Position numbers and translations under genes: made by a program
Origin: an uncultured Anaerolinea sp.
Lineage (GTDB): Bacteria > Chloroflexota > Anaerolineae > Anaerolineales > Villigracilaceae
Reading direction: 5' to 3'
DNA length: 64,000 nucleotides
Assembly (NCBI GenBank): GCA_964562145.1
Contig: CAZLSP010000011.1
Span: 16,259-80,258 of the forward strand
Part shown: positions 35,471-45,183 of the stretch, piece by piece
Position numbering within the stretch: position 1 is the first letter of the stretch
How the letters are laid out: every line of letters begins with the position of its first letter
The notes under the pieces: model-generated
Told to the model about the DNA's origin: nothing
The model's input: the letters and a program-made list of their open reading frames with translations, nothing else
The model's database searches: none

Positions 35471-38284
35471 ATGGCCGAGACGATTTATTTCCAATGGCAG
35501 AACGATGTTTTGTTGCGCACTATTTACCCTCTGCGTGAGATGAAACTGCGTGATTTCCTGGTTTTTTTCCAGGAGATTGACCTGTGGGCGGCTTACAAAG
35601 ACAAAGCGCTGACGGAGATTGAAGATGACATCCTGATCTATCGCGAAGAGCAGGCCCAACGGATTGCCGAGGCTGTTTCAGCTTATACGTCTTTGCGCGA
35701 TTATTTCCTTTCGGAGCAGGCGGAACAGGAATATCGCAAGAAGTTTGCACAGGTCTCGCCTGAAGAAATTGTTACGATTGGCAATATGCATCGCACTTTT
35801 CGCATCTATTTCCCGCGCCTGGGCGATGTGCGCAAGGAAAAATATTTTATTGCCCAGCAAGTTTACGGTTGGGAAGCGCACCGTAAAGAGATCCAGCAGC
35901 GTGTGGTCCAGCGCCAGCGCCGGTATAGCAACATGCAGGCCAATCATCCGGGGCGGGCTGCCTTACAGGCGGAGATCGAGTTATTGAAAACGGTCACCCA
36001 GCCGATGATCGAGGAAGAGTTATCCCGTTTGTATGCGTTCCTGTCTTCTTATAACAAGATCGAGAACCAGAAGAAGGAATTGTCCAAATCCAAACAGAAT
36101 GCCCTGGCCCGCCAGAAGGAATTGACGCTTAAATTGCAGCAAAGCCGGCCGCGGATTACGCCGCTGGAGACGCGCTACAAGGAACTGGAGAACGAGCTCG
36201 GCCGCCTGAAGGATCGCCCCGACCTGGGCAAGCTCGAACAATATTTTTCTGACCCTGATATTTCAGACCTGGTGCAGACCCAGTTCCCGCTCGCCAGCCG
36301 GGCTTTGCTGGATACGCTCAAAGGGTTGCATCGCGACCTGAGCCAGGCCCTGCGCTTTACCAAGGAAATTTCTGGCAAGGCTGGCGGGGTGCAGAACCAG
36401 ATTTATAAGCTAAAGGCCTACCGCCGCACGGTGGAGATGCAAATTACCCAGGCTGAAACCAAATTGCGTTCGATGCCTGCCGCCTGGACGCATCGCGGCG
36501 AACAGGAAGCGCTGTTGGTCAACCTGCGTACCGTCAGCCTGCCCGTGATCGACCTGGAATTGGACCATCTGCAAGATTTCCAGGCCGGTTTACTGGCTTC
36601 GCAGCGTACCGAAGCGCAACTTGCCCAGATGCTTGCGGCCAAAGAACAGGAGAAAGCCGGGCTGGTCAGTTCGCTTGAAAGCCTTACCCGGCAGGCGCGC
36701 GAGTGGCAGGAAGAGCTCCTGGCGATCCAGGCCCTGCTCGACGCAGATGAAGACCAGAACCTGGCTCGCGCTGTCTCCACCCGCCCTGTGACCGTCCGCG
36801 ATATTGTGGCCGGGAAAATTGAGTCGTACAAGGCGGCGCTTTCACGAATGACCCACCGTGAGTTGATGGAAGAAGTCTGCGGGCGCTTCTTGCAACAACC
36901 TGAACGTTACCCGCTCTGGTTGCAGTACATGGTGATCCATTTTTCCGGGATGCGCTACCAGAGCGCGCATGGTTCGTGGGCCGATCCCAAAGACTTGCTG
37001 GTCAACCTGCGTATGTCGGCGCTGGAACGGGAATTTAAGACCCTCGATGATGCCGCGATCGATGACCTGTGCCTCGAAAAGATTATCACCTACGAGCCGG
37101 TCAATGAACAGGCGGCCACCCTGCTCCCCGGTTTGGTGCGCAAAAGCCCCAGGCTGGCCAACGCCACCGACGCCAAATCACGCGACAAGGTCAGGCACCA
37201 CCTGCGCGGACTCAAATCTCCCACCCTGTACCAACGCCGCAAGGCGCTCTTCGACCTGTTGCTGGACGAGGAAAGCTACGAAGTGGAAATGATGACCGGG
37301 CTGGAGGCTCGGGATGCGCTTGAGTCGATCAAAGACGAATTGCCCGATTGGATGTGGAAAGAAATTGTCAAACTGACCGACCTGCGCCTGAGTGAAGTTC
37401 ATGATTCGAACTGGGAAAATCTCACCGATGAAGAGCAGGAAGAACGCAATGCGCCCCAGTGGGAACAGTACCGCCTGATTATGAACAAGTGGAAACAGGA
37501 TCACCTGACCGGCTGGCGCGAAGAACACGACCGCACCAACCGCCTGATTGTTACGCGCGCGGTGTGTAACGAAACCGCCGAACATATCCAGCACCTGCGT
37601 GGCCATTCACCGCCTGGCGGCCTGACTGCCAAACCAGCCTGGTACCTGGCCCGCGAACGTGAGTTTGAGCGCAAAACAAATCAATCGCCCACCGAGCCGC
37701 AGCCTTACTTTGTGAAACCCACCCAGCTTAAGGATTTTACGGCTGGGGCCAGCATCCTGTGGCTGCGCTTTGTTCGTGATTATCCCAATCCGTGGCGGAT
37801 TGCCGTGCCGCTCAAACTCAACAACGGCGACGATTTGCTCCCCAGGGCCCTCTTTGCTGTTCGCCCGGCCAGCCCCGGCGTGTGGGACTATGACGAAGGC
37901 AATGCCATTAAGCGCACCCGCACCGTGATGAACGGCAAGCAAATGACCCGCGAAGAGCAATGGCTGCGCTGGATGCATGAAGCCACCGTTGTTACCACCG
38001 GCGAATCCTTTGAAGGCCCGGTCATCTTGACCTTTGAAACCGCCCTACCCTATGAAGACAAGCGCCTTGCCACCATTGGCGTTTTCAAACACACCCTTGG
38101 CAGCCTGCGTCACCTGATTTCGGGCGATACGTTCAATGGCACCTACGTTGGGTTTGTGCCCGAGGCCCAGCTCCCGGTCGATGACCTGGCATTTATGCTC
38201 GACTGGAACAAGATCCTGTTGCGCCAGGTGATGTCCCCGGCCGATTTGGAAGCGCACCAGCGCAAATACATCTACAAATCCTGA
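35471..38284 (+). CDS. Large hypothetical protein (937 aa), coiled-coil-rich N-terminal half, globular C-terminal half
   Basis: ORF track 35420..38284. ATG 35471 (MAETIYFQWQ) follows AGAGGGAGTGGAG. Long heptad-like, charged stretches at aa ~150-470. No catalytic or binding motif I recognise, and no TM segment. Confidence 0.7.
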   Translation: MAETIYFQWQNDVLLRTIYPLREMKLRDFLVFFQEIDLWAAYKDKALTEIEDDILIYREEQAQRIAEAVSAYTSLRDYFLSEQAEQEYRKKFAQVSPEEIVTIGNMHRTFRIYFPRLGDVRKEKYFIAQQVYGWEAHRKEIQQRVVQRQRRYSNMQANHPGRAALQAEIELLKTVTQPMIEEELSRLYAFLSSYNKIENQKKELSKSKQNALARQKELTLKLQQSRPRITPLETRYKELENELGRLKDRPDLGKLEQYFSDPDISDLVQTQFPLASRALLDTLKGLHRDLSQALRFTKEISGKAGGVQNQIYKLKAYRRTVEMQITQAETKLRSMPAAWTHRGEQEALLVNLRTVSLPVIDLELDHLQDFQAGLLASQRTEAQLAQMLAAKEQEKAGLVSSLESLTRQAREWQEELLAIQALLDADEDQNLARAVSTRPVTVRDIVAGKIESYKAALSRMTHRELMEEVCGRFLQQPERYPLWLQYMVIHFSGMRYQSAHGSWADPKDLLVNLRMSALEREFKTLDDAAIDDLCLEKIITYEPVNEQAATLLPGLVRKSPRLANATDAKSRDKVRHHLRGLKSPTLYQRRKALFDLLLDEESYEVEMMTGLEARDALESIKDELPDWMWKEIVKLTDLRLSEVHDSNWENLTDEEQEERNAPQWEQYRLIMNKWKQDHLTGWREEHDRTNRLIVTRAVCNETAEHIQHLRGHSPPGGLTAKPAWYLAREREFERKTNQSPTEPQPYFVKPTQLKDFTAGASILWLRFVRDYPNPWRIAVPLKLNNGDDLLPRALFAVRPASPGVWDYDEGNAIKRTRTVMNGKQMTREEQWLRWMHEATVVTTGESFEGPVILTFETALPYEDKRLATIGVFKHTLGSLRHLISGDTFNGTYVGFVPEAQLPVDDLAFMLDWNKILLRQVMSPADLEAHQRKYIYKS

Positions 38285-38320
38285 CCATCCCGGTTGGCGG
38301 GCTGCGTTATAATTTGACTC

Positions 38321-38737
38321 ATGGATGAAAAACCCTCCTTCCGCCCGTTCATTTTCCCTACCGTTCTGCTTAGCCTGGGCGGATGGGCCGGTTTGCTGGC
38401 CCTGCTATACTTTACCCAGCCCACCTTGTGGCCGCGCTGGGGTCTTTTTGCGCTGGTCATCCTGGCTGGCACCGGAACCACCCTGCCCATCTCGTTTGGG
38501 CTCAACACCCTGCTGCCTTCCACCCCGCCGGCTGCGGCGGGCGTAATCTTGCGCCAATCGTTATGGGTGGGTGTCTACCTTGCCGTGCTCACCTGGCTCC
38601 AGATCGGACGCATCCTGAACTTCTCGCTTGGCCTGTGGCTGGCGATGGGTCTGATTACCATTGAGGCCCTGCTGCGCTGGCGCGAGACTTCTGCCAGGAC
38701 CCCCGCTGATGTCCCTCCGCAACCTCCCCTCCGTTGA
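38321..38737 (+). CDS. Hypothetical 4-TM membrane protein (138 aa)
   Basis: ATG start 37 nt after the previous stop. Hydrophobic throughout. The 3' end overlaps the selA start by 29 nt. Confidence 0.5.
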   Translation: MDEKPSFRPFIFPTVLLSLGGWAGLLALLYFTQPTLWPRWGLFALVILAGTGTTLPISFGLNTLLPSTPPAAAGVILRQSLWVGVYLAVLTWLQIGRILNFSLGLWLAMGLITIEALLRWRETSARTPADVPPQPPLR

Positions 38738-40082
38738 CCAACTAATCCAGGCCTCCGCCGCATGGATCGGCGTCTATGGCCGTCCGCTCACCCTGCACGC
38801 CATCCGGCAGACGCTCGAAGAGATTCGGGCGGAGGTTCGCGCCGGGGGCAGCGTACCGTCAAACGAAACCATCCTGGCTTTCGTTCATTCCCATTTAATG
38901 GCCTGGACAAAACCCACGCTCGAGCCGGTCATCAACGCCACGGGCGTGATTCTGCATACCAACCTGGGGCGCGCACCCCTGAGCCGCTCCGCCATCGAAG
39001 CCATGCTGGCCGCCTCCACCGGGTATACCAACCTGGAGTTTGACCTGCAAACTGGAAAACGCGGCTCGCGCCTGATTCATGCTGAAAGCTTGCTGCAAAA
39101 ACTGACCGGGGCCGAGGCGGCTGTAGTGGTCAACAATTGCGCCTCCGCCGTGTTGCTGGTGCTTTCAGCGCTCGCCAAAGGAAAGCGGGTCATCATCCCG
39201 CGCTCACAACTGGTTGAAATCGGCGGCGGGTTTCGCGTGCCCGATGTGATGAAGCAAAGCGGCGCAAAATTGGTCGAGATTGGCACCACCAACAAAGTGC
39301 GCCTGGCCGATTTCGAAGAAGCCCTCCTCGACAACCTCCGCTTATCCGCTTCAGTATCCGCTTTGCCATCCGCTGCCCTGGTCATGCGCGCACATCGCTC
39401 CAACTTCAAGATTATTGGCTTTACAGAAGAGCCAGAATTGGAAGAAATTGCCGGGGTTGCGCATAAGCACAATGTTATCCTGGTCGATGACCTTGGCTCA
39501 GGTACTTTCATCGATGTGGCCCGTTACGGCATGACGCATGAGCCCATGATTCAGGAATCGCTGGCTGCCGGGGCCGATGTGGTCATGTTCTCCGGTGATA
39601 AACTGCTCGGTGGGCCGCAGGCAGGCATCATTCTTGGGCGCAAAGTCCTGCTCGAGAAGATTAAAAAACACCCGCTGGCGCGGGCAGTGCGCGCCGATAA
39701 AGTTCGCCTGGCGGCGCTGAATGCTACCCTGCTGCACTATCTCAAAGACGAGGCTGAACAGGAAATTCCCATCTGGCGCATGATTGCGCAAACGCCCGAG
39801 AGTCTTCGGGGCCGGGCCGAGGCCTGGCAACGGGAGACCGGCTGCGGTGAGGTGGTGGCGGCCGAATCAACCGTCGGCGGGGGTAGCTTGCCGGGTGAGA
39901 GTCTGCCCACGTTTGTGTTGAGCCTCCCGGTCAAATCCCCCGATAAATTCCTGGCAAAACTCAGGAAACAGGCCCCGCCCATCATTGCTCGCACCGAAAA
40001 CGACCGGATTTTGCTAGACCCGCGCACGGTGCTGCCCGAACAGGAACCCATTTTATTGTTGACCCTGAAAAAGATTTTATAA
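38709..40082 (+). CDS. selA: L-seryl-tRNA(Sec) selenium transferase
   Basis: Start set to ATG 38709 (MSLRNLPSVDQLIQ; 457 aa). Contains NATGVILHTNLGRAPL and the PLP-lysine motif FSGDKLLGGPQAGII. Confidence 0.88.
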   Translation: MSLRNLPSVDQLIQASAAWIGVYGRPLTLHAIRQTLEEIRAEVRAGGSVPSNETILAFVHSHLMAWTKPTLEPVINATGVILHTNLGRAPLSRSAIEAMLAASTGYTNLEFDLQTGKRGSRLIHAESLLQKLTGAEAAVVVNNCASAVLLVLSALAKGKRVIIPRSQLVEIGGGFRVPDVMKQSGAKLVEIGTTNKVRLADFEEALLDNLRLSASVSALPSAALVMRAHRSNFKIIGFTEEPELEEIAGVAHKHNVILVDDLGSGTFIDVARYGMTHEPMIQESLAAGADVVMFSGDKLLGGPQAGIILGRKVLLEKIKKHPLARAVRADKVRLAALNATLLHYLKDEAEQEIPIWRMIAQTPESLRGRAEAWQRETGCGEVVAAESTVGGGSLPGESLPTFVLSLPVKSPDKFLAKLRKQAPPIIARTENDRILLDPRTVLPEQEPILLLTLKKIL

Positions 40083-40097
40083 GTAACCGGAGGTTGG

Positions 40098-40691
40098 ATG
40101 GCAACGAAAATCGAACTCCCGATCCAGGCCAAGCGCAAACCACCCCAATTAATTTTCCCACAGCGCTGCGTTAATTGCGGCCAACCTCCTGAAGACCAGT
40201 TAAATCTTGCGCTCCAGGTGAATTACAGCAAAAACAAACCCCTGGTGGTCAAGCTAGACCTGCCGATGTGCAAAACATGCGCCGCGCGTGAGCGCCAGGT
40301 GACTCTGGTGACACTGATCCCGTTTACGGTGGGGGGGCTGCTGGCCGGGATTATCGCTTTCATCCCGACCTGGTTGCTGGCCCCCGAAGGCTCAACCCCG
40401 CAAACCTATATGTTTCCCTATTTCTTGGGGCTATTCGTTGCGTTGCTGGTCGGGATTCCGGCCGGGTCGTTGGTAGAGGCCTTGGTGAAGGTATTGGCGG
40501 TGCCATTTTTTGGCAGCCAGCTTTACAAACGTCCCCTGACGGCGCTGGCAATTTTTTCGGATACCGAGAATGTGCTTGGCTTGCAGGCCAGGTTGACCCA
40601 ACAGCGAAAGATGATCGAGTTGTTTTTTGAACGTGATGATATTGCGCAGGAGTTTCTCAGCCTGAATCCGCCTATGAAACCAGGAGATTGA
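40098..40691 (+). CDS. Hypothetical membrane protein with N-terminal Cys4 zinc-ribbon
   Basis: 197 aa. CVNCG...MCKTC followed by two or three TM helices. The stop abuts the next ATG. Confidence 0.5.
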   Translation: MATKIELPIQAKRKPPQLIFPQRCVNCGQPPEDQLNLALQVNYSKNKPLVVKLDLPMCKTCAARERQVTLVTLIPFTVGGLLAGIIAFIPTWLLAPEGSTPQTYMFPYFLGLFVALLVGIPAGSLVEALVKVLAVPFFGSQLYKRPLTALAIFSDTENVLGLQARLTQQRKMIELFFERDDIAQEFLSLNPPMKPGD

Positions 40692-41939
40692 ATGAAATCT
40701 GACCTTGATGTTTTGATGCAAACCAAAAACTTTGACGCCATCCTTGTGCTTGGCAATGCCGAAAACAACCCGCCCATGACCTACATGACCGGTGGCGGGC
40801 ATGTCAGCGGGGCGACCTTGATTAAAAAACGCGGCGAGGCAGCCATCCTGTTCTGCAATGCCATGGAACGCGACGAAGCCGCCAAAAGCGGGTTGACCAT
40901 CCGGCTGTATGATGAATATCCCTGGCAGGAGTTGCTTAAGGATGCGGGCGGCGATACCGCACTGATGGCGGCAATGCGCCTGAAACGCATGTTTGCCGAC
41001 CTGGGTATCACCGGCCGGGTAGGCCTGTATGGTTTTACCGACTTGAGCAGCTCTTTTGCGGTGCTGACACGTGCCATGCGCATCATGCCGGAAGTTGAGT
41101 TTGTCGGTGAGCCGCGCGAAAATTCGTTGTTTATGTATGCCATGGAGACCAAGGACGAGTCTGAAGTGGCGCGTATCCGCCGCATGGGCAAGGTCACTAC
41201 CGAAGTGGTGGGCCTGGCAGCAGAATACCTGACCAGCCGGGAAGTGCGCGAGGATGAAGTGCTGCTCAAAGAGGACGGTTCTCCGTTGACAATTGGGGAT
41301 ATGAAGGCGCGCATTAATCTGTGGCTGGCCGAACGCAGTGCAGAACCTCGCGAGGGCTTTATCTTTGCTATTGGACGCGATGCCGGAGTCCCGCATTCTG
41401 CTGGCACTCCCTCCGACCTGATGCGCCTGGGGCAGACCATCGTCTTCGATATCTACCCGGCCGAACAGGGCGGCGGTTATTTTTATGATTTCACCCGCAC
41501 CTGGAGCCTGGGCTATGCCACTCCCGAAACGCAAAAACTCTACGACCAGGTGAAGAATGCCTACGACAAAGTCGTTGAAAACCTGGACCTGAATGCCAAG
41601 TTTAAAGATTACCAGACCCTGACCTGCGAGTTGTTCGAAAAAGACGGCCACAAAACCCCGCGCACCGATAAGTCTCCGTTGGAAGGTTATGTGCACTCAC
41701 TGGGGCATGGGGTCGGCCTGAATATTCATGAACGCCCGTGGAGCGGGTTAACCGCCGAAGACAACAATATCCTCAAGCCGGGCGTTATCATCACCATTGA
41801 ACCGGGGCTGTACTATCCCGAACAAGGGATGGGATTCCGCATCGAAGATACCTACTGGGTGCGCCCGGATGGCAAAATGGAGATGCTGGCCGAATATCCA
41901 TACGACTTTGTGTTGCCAATGAAGAAGTGGAAGAAGTAA
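40692..41939 (+). CDS. M24-family metallopeptidase (Xaa-Pro aminopeptidase/dipeptidase)
   Basis: 415 aa. IVFDIYP...YFYDFTRTW and HSLGHGVGLNIHERP, GVIITIEPGLY, FRIEDTY metal-ligand motifs. Confidence 0.87.
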   Translation: MKSDLDVLMQTKNFDAILVLGNAENNPPMTYMTGGGHVSGATLIKKRGEAAILFCNAMERDEAAKSGLTIRLYDEYPWQELLKDAGGDTALMAAMRLKRMFADLGITGRVGLYGFTDLSSSFAVLTRAMRIMPEVEFVGEPRENSLFMYAMETKDESEVARIRRMGKVTTEVVGLAAEYLTSREVREDEVLLKEDGSPLTIGDMKARINLWLAERSAEPREGFIFAIGRDAGVPHSAGTPSDLMRLGQTIVFDIYPAEQGGGYFYDFTRTWSLGYATPETQKLYDQVKNAYDKVVENLDLNAKFKDYQTLTCELFEKDGHKTPRTDKSPLEGYVHSLGHGVGLNIHERPWSGLTAEDNNILKPGVIITIEPGLYYPEQGMGFRIEDTYWVRPDGKMEMLAEYPYDFVLPMKKWKK

Positions 41940-41955
41940 GCCATTTGGTTCGATG

Positions 41956-41995
41956 AAAAGGACGCCGCCCCCAATCTTCGGTGCGGCGTCCTTTT
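41956..41995. terminator. Terminator hairpin between convergent M24 and M23 genes
   Basis: AAAAGGACGCCGC-N14-GCGGCGTCCTTTT followed by ATTTTTTTTG. Confidence 0.75.
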
Positions 41996-42016
41996 ATTTT
42001 TTTGTTGCCCAAACGT

Positions 42017-43480
42017 TTATTCCTCGCGCCGAATGAGACTCTTCATCTCCGACTTGGACGAGGCGGTAACGGTTTGGGAGAAGCGCGTCAGCGTGCCCTT
42101 ATACGGGGCCGGGCCATCATGGACGACCCAGCCTTCCATGTCAAAAGGAATCGGACTGTCGGCCAGCATCCACTCGCCGTTGTACTTGCGGGCGATGTGC
42201 ACATGGGTGCCGGTGGTTTCGCCGCCTTCGCAGGAGGCATGCCCAATGCGGTCCCCGGCTTTAAGGGTGGCCCCGGCCGCGATACGGTTTTCGCTGGCCA
42301 GGTGCAGGTAAAACAATACCCAACCGGTTTGTTCGTTGCCATCACCATCCAGGTCGAGCATAATCTCGCCGGGTACGGAGCGTGCCACAATCCCGTCAGC
42401 CATGGCCGTGACCCATTCGCCGGTGGCGTTGCAATCTGAGACGCCGGTGGGAGCAAAGTCGATGGCGGCAAACGGCTCGCCTTTGCCCCAGCCGGTGTGC
42501 GGGCCGCCGGTGTAGTTCCAGGCGGTATCGCCTTCAAAGGGCAGCAAAAGCGCGGGTTGTTGCAGGCTTCCCGGCAGGTGGGGCTCGACACCGGTCCACG
42601 GGTCGCCGAATAGGGCCGTGTAAGCCTGGGCCAGGCCGCCCGGTCCCACCATCTGGTCGTAGAGTGGCGATGAGTACAGGCGTGAAAAAGTGTATTGAAT
42701 TGCCACCGAAGCCGCATTTTGCCACGGGTCGGGGCGCACCAGGCGGCCGTCGGGATGCTCAAATTCGGTCAGTGTGCCGCGCCGCCAGGCATAGTAACCA
42801 TTGTTGAGGGTGTTCGCCATCCAGACCAGTTGCAGGTAGACACCGTGATACGACTGGTTGTAGTAGTTAAAGACGTATTCTGTATCGGGCGGGTCAGGCT
42901 GGGTCAGCGCGCCGCTGTGATATTCGAGCATAGCCAGTAGCAGGCGCGGGCTGACGCTGAAATTGGTGGCAACAATCCGCACCAGGTCGGCGCCTGAATG
43001 AGGCCCGTCGGCGATTTGTTCGCGGTAATCTTTGAACCAGCCGGGCTGCGCCTGGACAAAGGCTTCAATATCAAAGCCCACCTGGGCCGGGCCGTTGATG
43101 AACAAGCTATCGGGGATGATCTGGTAGGGGGTGCCCCACAACGGCTCGTAGTAGATGGGAATCTGCATGGGGAAGCCGGGCGGCATGGTGGTGGCGTCTT
43201 GCGGGATGATGGGGTTGGCGCTGCGGATTTCAGCTTCGGTGGTGTTGAAACGCACCGCCAGCGCCGGGAGCGTGTCGCCGGTTTGGGCAATGTACTCGAC
43301 CAGTTCGCCGGGTTGGAAGGATGGCCGGGTGGGCAGGGGCGTGAAGACCGCTGCCGGGGTGGGCAGCTGTGGGGTTGGCGGCGAATCGGGCTGGAGCGTG
43401 GGGATGGCCGGGGCAGCGCACGAGGCGAGCAACAGGCCAGGGAGCACGAACAGGTTCAGGATGGGTAAAAGTCGCTTCAT
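42017..43480 (-). CDS. LysM + M23 metallopeptidase lipoprotein, paralogue 1
   Basis: Start set to ATG 43480 (MKRLLPILNLFVLPGLLLASC, lipobox). LysM is YIAQTGDTLPALAVRFNTTEAEIRSANP. C-terminal M23 is GGPHTGW...AIDFAP...YLHL...GTHVHIARKYNGEW. Confidence 0.85.
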   Translation of the reverse strand: MKRLLPILNLFVLPGLLLASCAAPAIPTLQPDSPPTPQLPTPAAVFTPLPTRPSFQPGELVEYIAQTGDTLPALAVRFNTTEAEIRSANPIIPQDATTMPPGFPMQIPIYYEPLWGTPYQIIPDSLFINGPAQVGFDIEAFVQAQPGWFKDYREQIADGPHSGADLVRIVATNFSVSPRLLLAMLEYHSGALTQPDPPDTEYVFNYYNQSYHGVYLQLVWMANTLNNGYYAWRRGTLTEFEHPDGRLVRPDPWQNAASVAIQYTFSRLYSSPLYDQMVGPGGLAQAYTALFGDPWTGVEPHLPGSLQQPALLLPFEGDTAWNYTGGPHTGWGKGEPFAAIDFAPTGVSDCNATGEWVTAMADGIVARSVPGEIMLDLDGDGNEQTGWVLFYLHLASENRIAAGATLKAGDRIGHASCEGGETTGTHVHIARKYNGEWMLADSPIPFDMEGWVVHDGPAPYKGTLTRFSQTVTASSKSEMKSLIRREE

Positions 43481-43515
43481 TTTTTCCAAACAGCACAATA
43501 AAAACTTGCGCTGTT

Positions 43516-45129
43516 TTATTTTTTCTTTTCGCGGATGATGCGGGTTTCAAATGCGCCGCTGGTGCTGGCTTCGATGACGACATCGCCTTTGGTGAGGGTG
43601 CCTTTGTAGGGGGCAATGCCGTTGCGCGAGATCCAGCCTGCCAGGTCGAAGGGGATGGGGCCGTCGGCCAGGATCCACTCGCCGTTATATTTGCGAGCCA
43701 TGTGCAGGTGCGTGCCGGTAGAGACGCCGCCCTCGCAGGAGGGGTGGCCGATTTTATCGTCTTTTTTGAGGAAGTCGCCGGTTTTGACTTTGCCCTGGGT
43801 GGCAACATGCAGGAAAAGGATGTTCCAGCCGGTTTGTTCGCTGCCATCGCCGTCCAGGTCGAGGATGACGACGCCTTCGGCGGTGCGCACAACCACTCCG
43901 GAGGCTGGAGCCAGGATCCAGTTTTCAGATTTGGCGCAGCCTTGTTCCACCGAGCCGGGTGCAAAGTCGAGGGCAGCCATCGCGCCTTTTTCTTCCCAGG
44001 CGGAATGCGGGCCGCCGGAGAAGGCCCAGATTTTTCCGGGTTCAAAGGGCAGGTCGAGCACGGGCTGGCGCAGGCCGTCGGGGATGGTGGGCTCGTAATT
44101 TTGGGCGCGTTCCCAGGCGGGGCCGAACATATCGGTGTACAGGGCCGGGAAGCCCGTCGGGGCTACAATTTGCTCCCACTGGGCGCGGTCGTGGGTTTGG
44201 GCAAAATAGTATTGAATGGCGGCGGTTCCGGCGTTCAGGTCGGGGTTGAGGCGCTGGGTGCTGCCGTCGCGGAAGGTGATTTCGGTCAGTTTGCCCGAGC
44301 GCCAGCCGTAGTAGCCTTCGGAGAGGGTTCCGGCTGCCCACATGAGCTGGCGGAACAGGCCGCGATAGTGATAGTCGACATGGCCCAGCGGGTATTCGTC
44401 CTGGGCCAGGTTGGTGGGCTGGCCGCGTACCCAGCGGCTTTCGTATTCGATGATAGCCAGGATGATGCGCGGGTTGAGCGAGTTTTCGTTGGCAATGCGC
44501 TGAACGGCTTGCCCGCCGGTGGTCCAGCCGCCGCTCAGGATGTACTCTTTGTAGGTGGCGAGGAATCCGTTTTGGCCGTCGACATAGGCCTGGGCGCTGA
44601 AGTCGGCGGCGGAGGGGCCATAAACGACTTCGCTGTCGGGGATGGAGCGTTCACGCGGGCCGCGCAGGTCTTCAGGCAGGATTTTGGGGATGAGCAAGGT
44701 TGTGCCTGACGGGATGAGCGCTTCGGCGGGCGGCAAGACGACATCAGAGATAACGTCGGCGGGGCTGACTGCAAAGCGGGTGGCGACAATGTTGAGTGTG
44801 TCGCCGCCCTGGCTGATGTACAGGTCCATAGGCCCGGCGGTGTTGATGGGGGGCAGGGTGGCTGTGGGCGCACCGGCCTCGGCCGGGTCGGTGGGGGTCT
44901 GGTTGCCGGGGGTCGGTGTTCCGGGCAGCGGCAGGACCTTGAGCGGGGTCAGGCTGGGGGTGGGTTGCAGGCCCGGTGCGCTGGTGGTCGGAAGCGGAAG
45001 AAGGCCCAGGCCAAATTCTGCAGAAGGGGTGGGGGTCATGGGTGCGCCCCACAGGCCAGCATTGCCGCTGCAGCCAGCCAGGAGTGCAATCATCGTCAAA
45101 ACCAGGAAGAAACGATAAAGTTTTAGCAT
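43516..45129 (-). CDS. LysM + M23 metallopeptidase lipoprotein, paralogue 2
   Basis: 537 aa. MLKLYRFFLVLTMIALLAGC lipobox, YISQGGDTLNIVATRFAVSPADV LysM, GGPHSAW...ALDFAP...FLHV...GTHLHMARKYNGEW. Confidence 0.85.
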   Translation of the reverse strand: MLKLYRFFLVLTMIALLAGCSGNAGLWGAPMTPTPSAEFGLGLLPLPTTSAPGLQPTPSLTPLKVLPLPGTPTPGNQTPTDPAEAGAPTATLPPINTAGPMDLYISQGGDTLNIVATRFAVSPADVISDVVLPPAEALIPSGTTLLIPKILPEDLRGPRERSIPDSEVVYGPSAADFSAQAYVDGQNGFLATYKEYILSGGWTTGGQAVQRIANENSLNPRIILAIIEYESRWVRGQPTNLAQDEYPLGHVDYHYRGLFRQLMWAAGTLSEGYYGWRSGKLTEITFRDGSTQRLNPDLNAGTAAIQYYFAQTHDRAQWEQIVAPTGFPALYTDMFGPAWERAQNYEPTIPDGLRQPVLDLPFEPGKIWAFSGGPHSAWEEKGAMAALDFAPGSVEQGCAKSENWILAPASGVVVRTAEGVVILDLDGDGSEQTGWNILFLHVATQGKVKTGDFLKKDDKIGHPSCEGGVSTGTHLHMARKYNGEWILADGPIPFDLAGWISRNGIAPYKGTLTKGDVVIEASTSGAFETRIIREKKK

Positions 45130-45183
45130 ACGTCCGCGAAGGATTATACCAGTGAGAATTTTGGCCTTCTTTTGGATGAACTG

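Noticed and set aside
40431-41696. Long ORFs on the strand opposite to well-supported genes. Examples: 40431..41696 (421 aa), 9717..10730, 17099..18205, 43369..44709, 45172..45999, 54055..55251, 6661..7524, 51272..52273.
   Set aside because: Each lies antisense to a gene with clear family motifs. Their translations are low-complexity and Gly/Ala/Arg/Val-rich, as expected for the reverse frame of GC-rich coding DNA, and carry no recognisable motif. Treated as artefacts.
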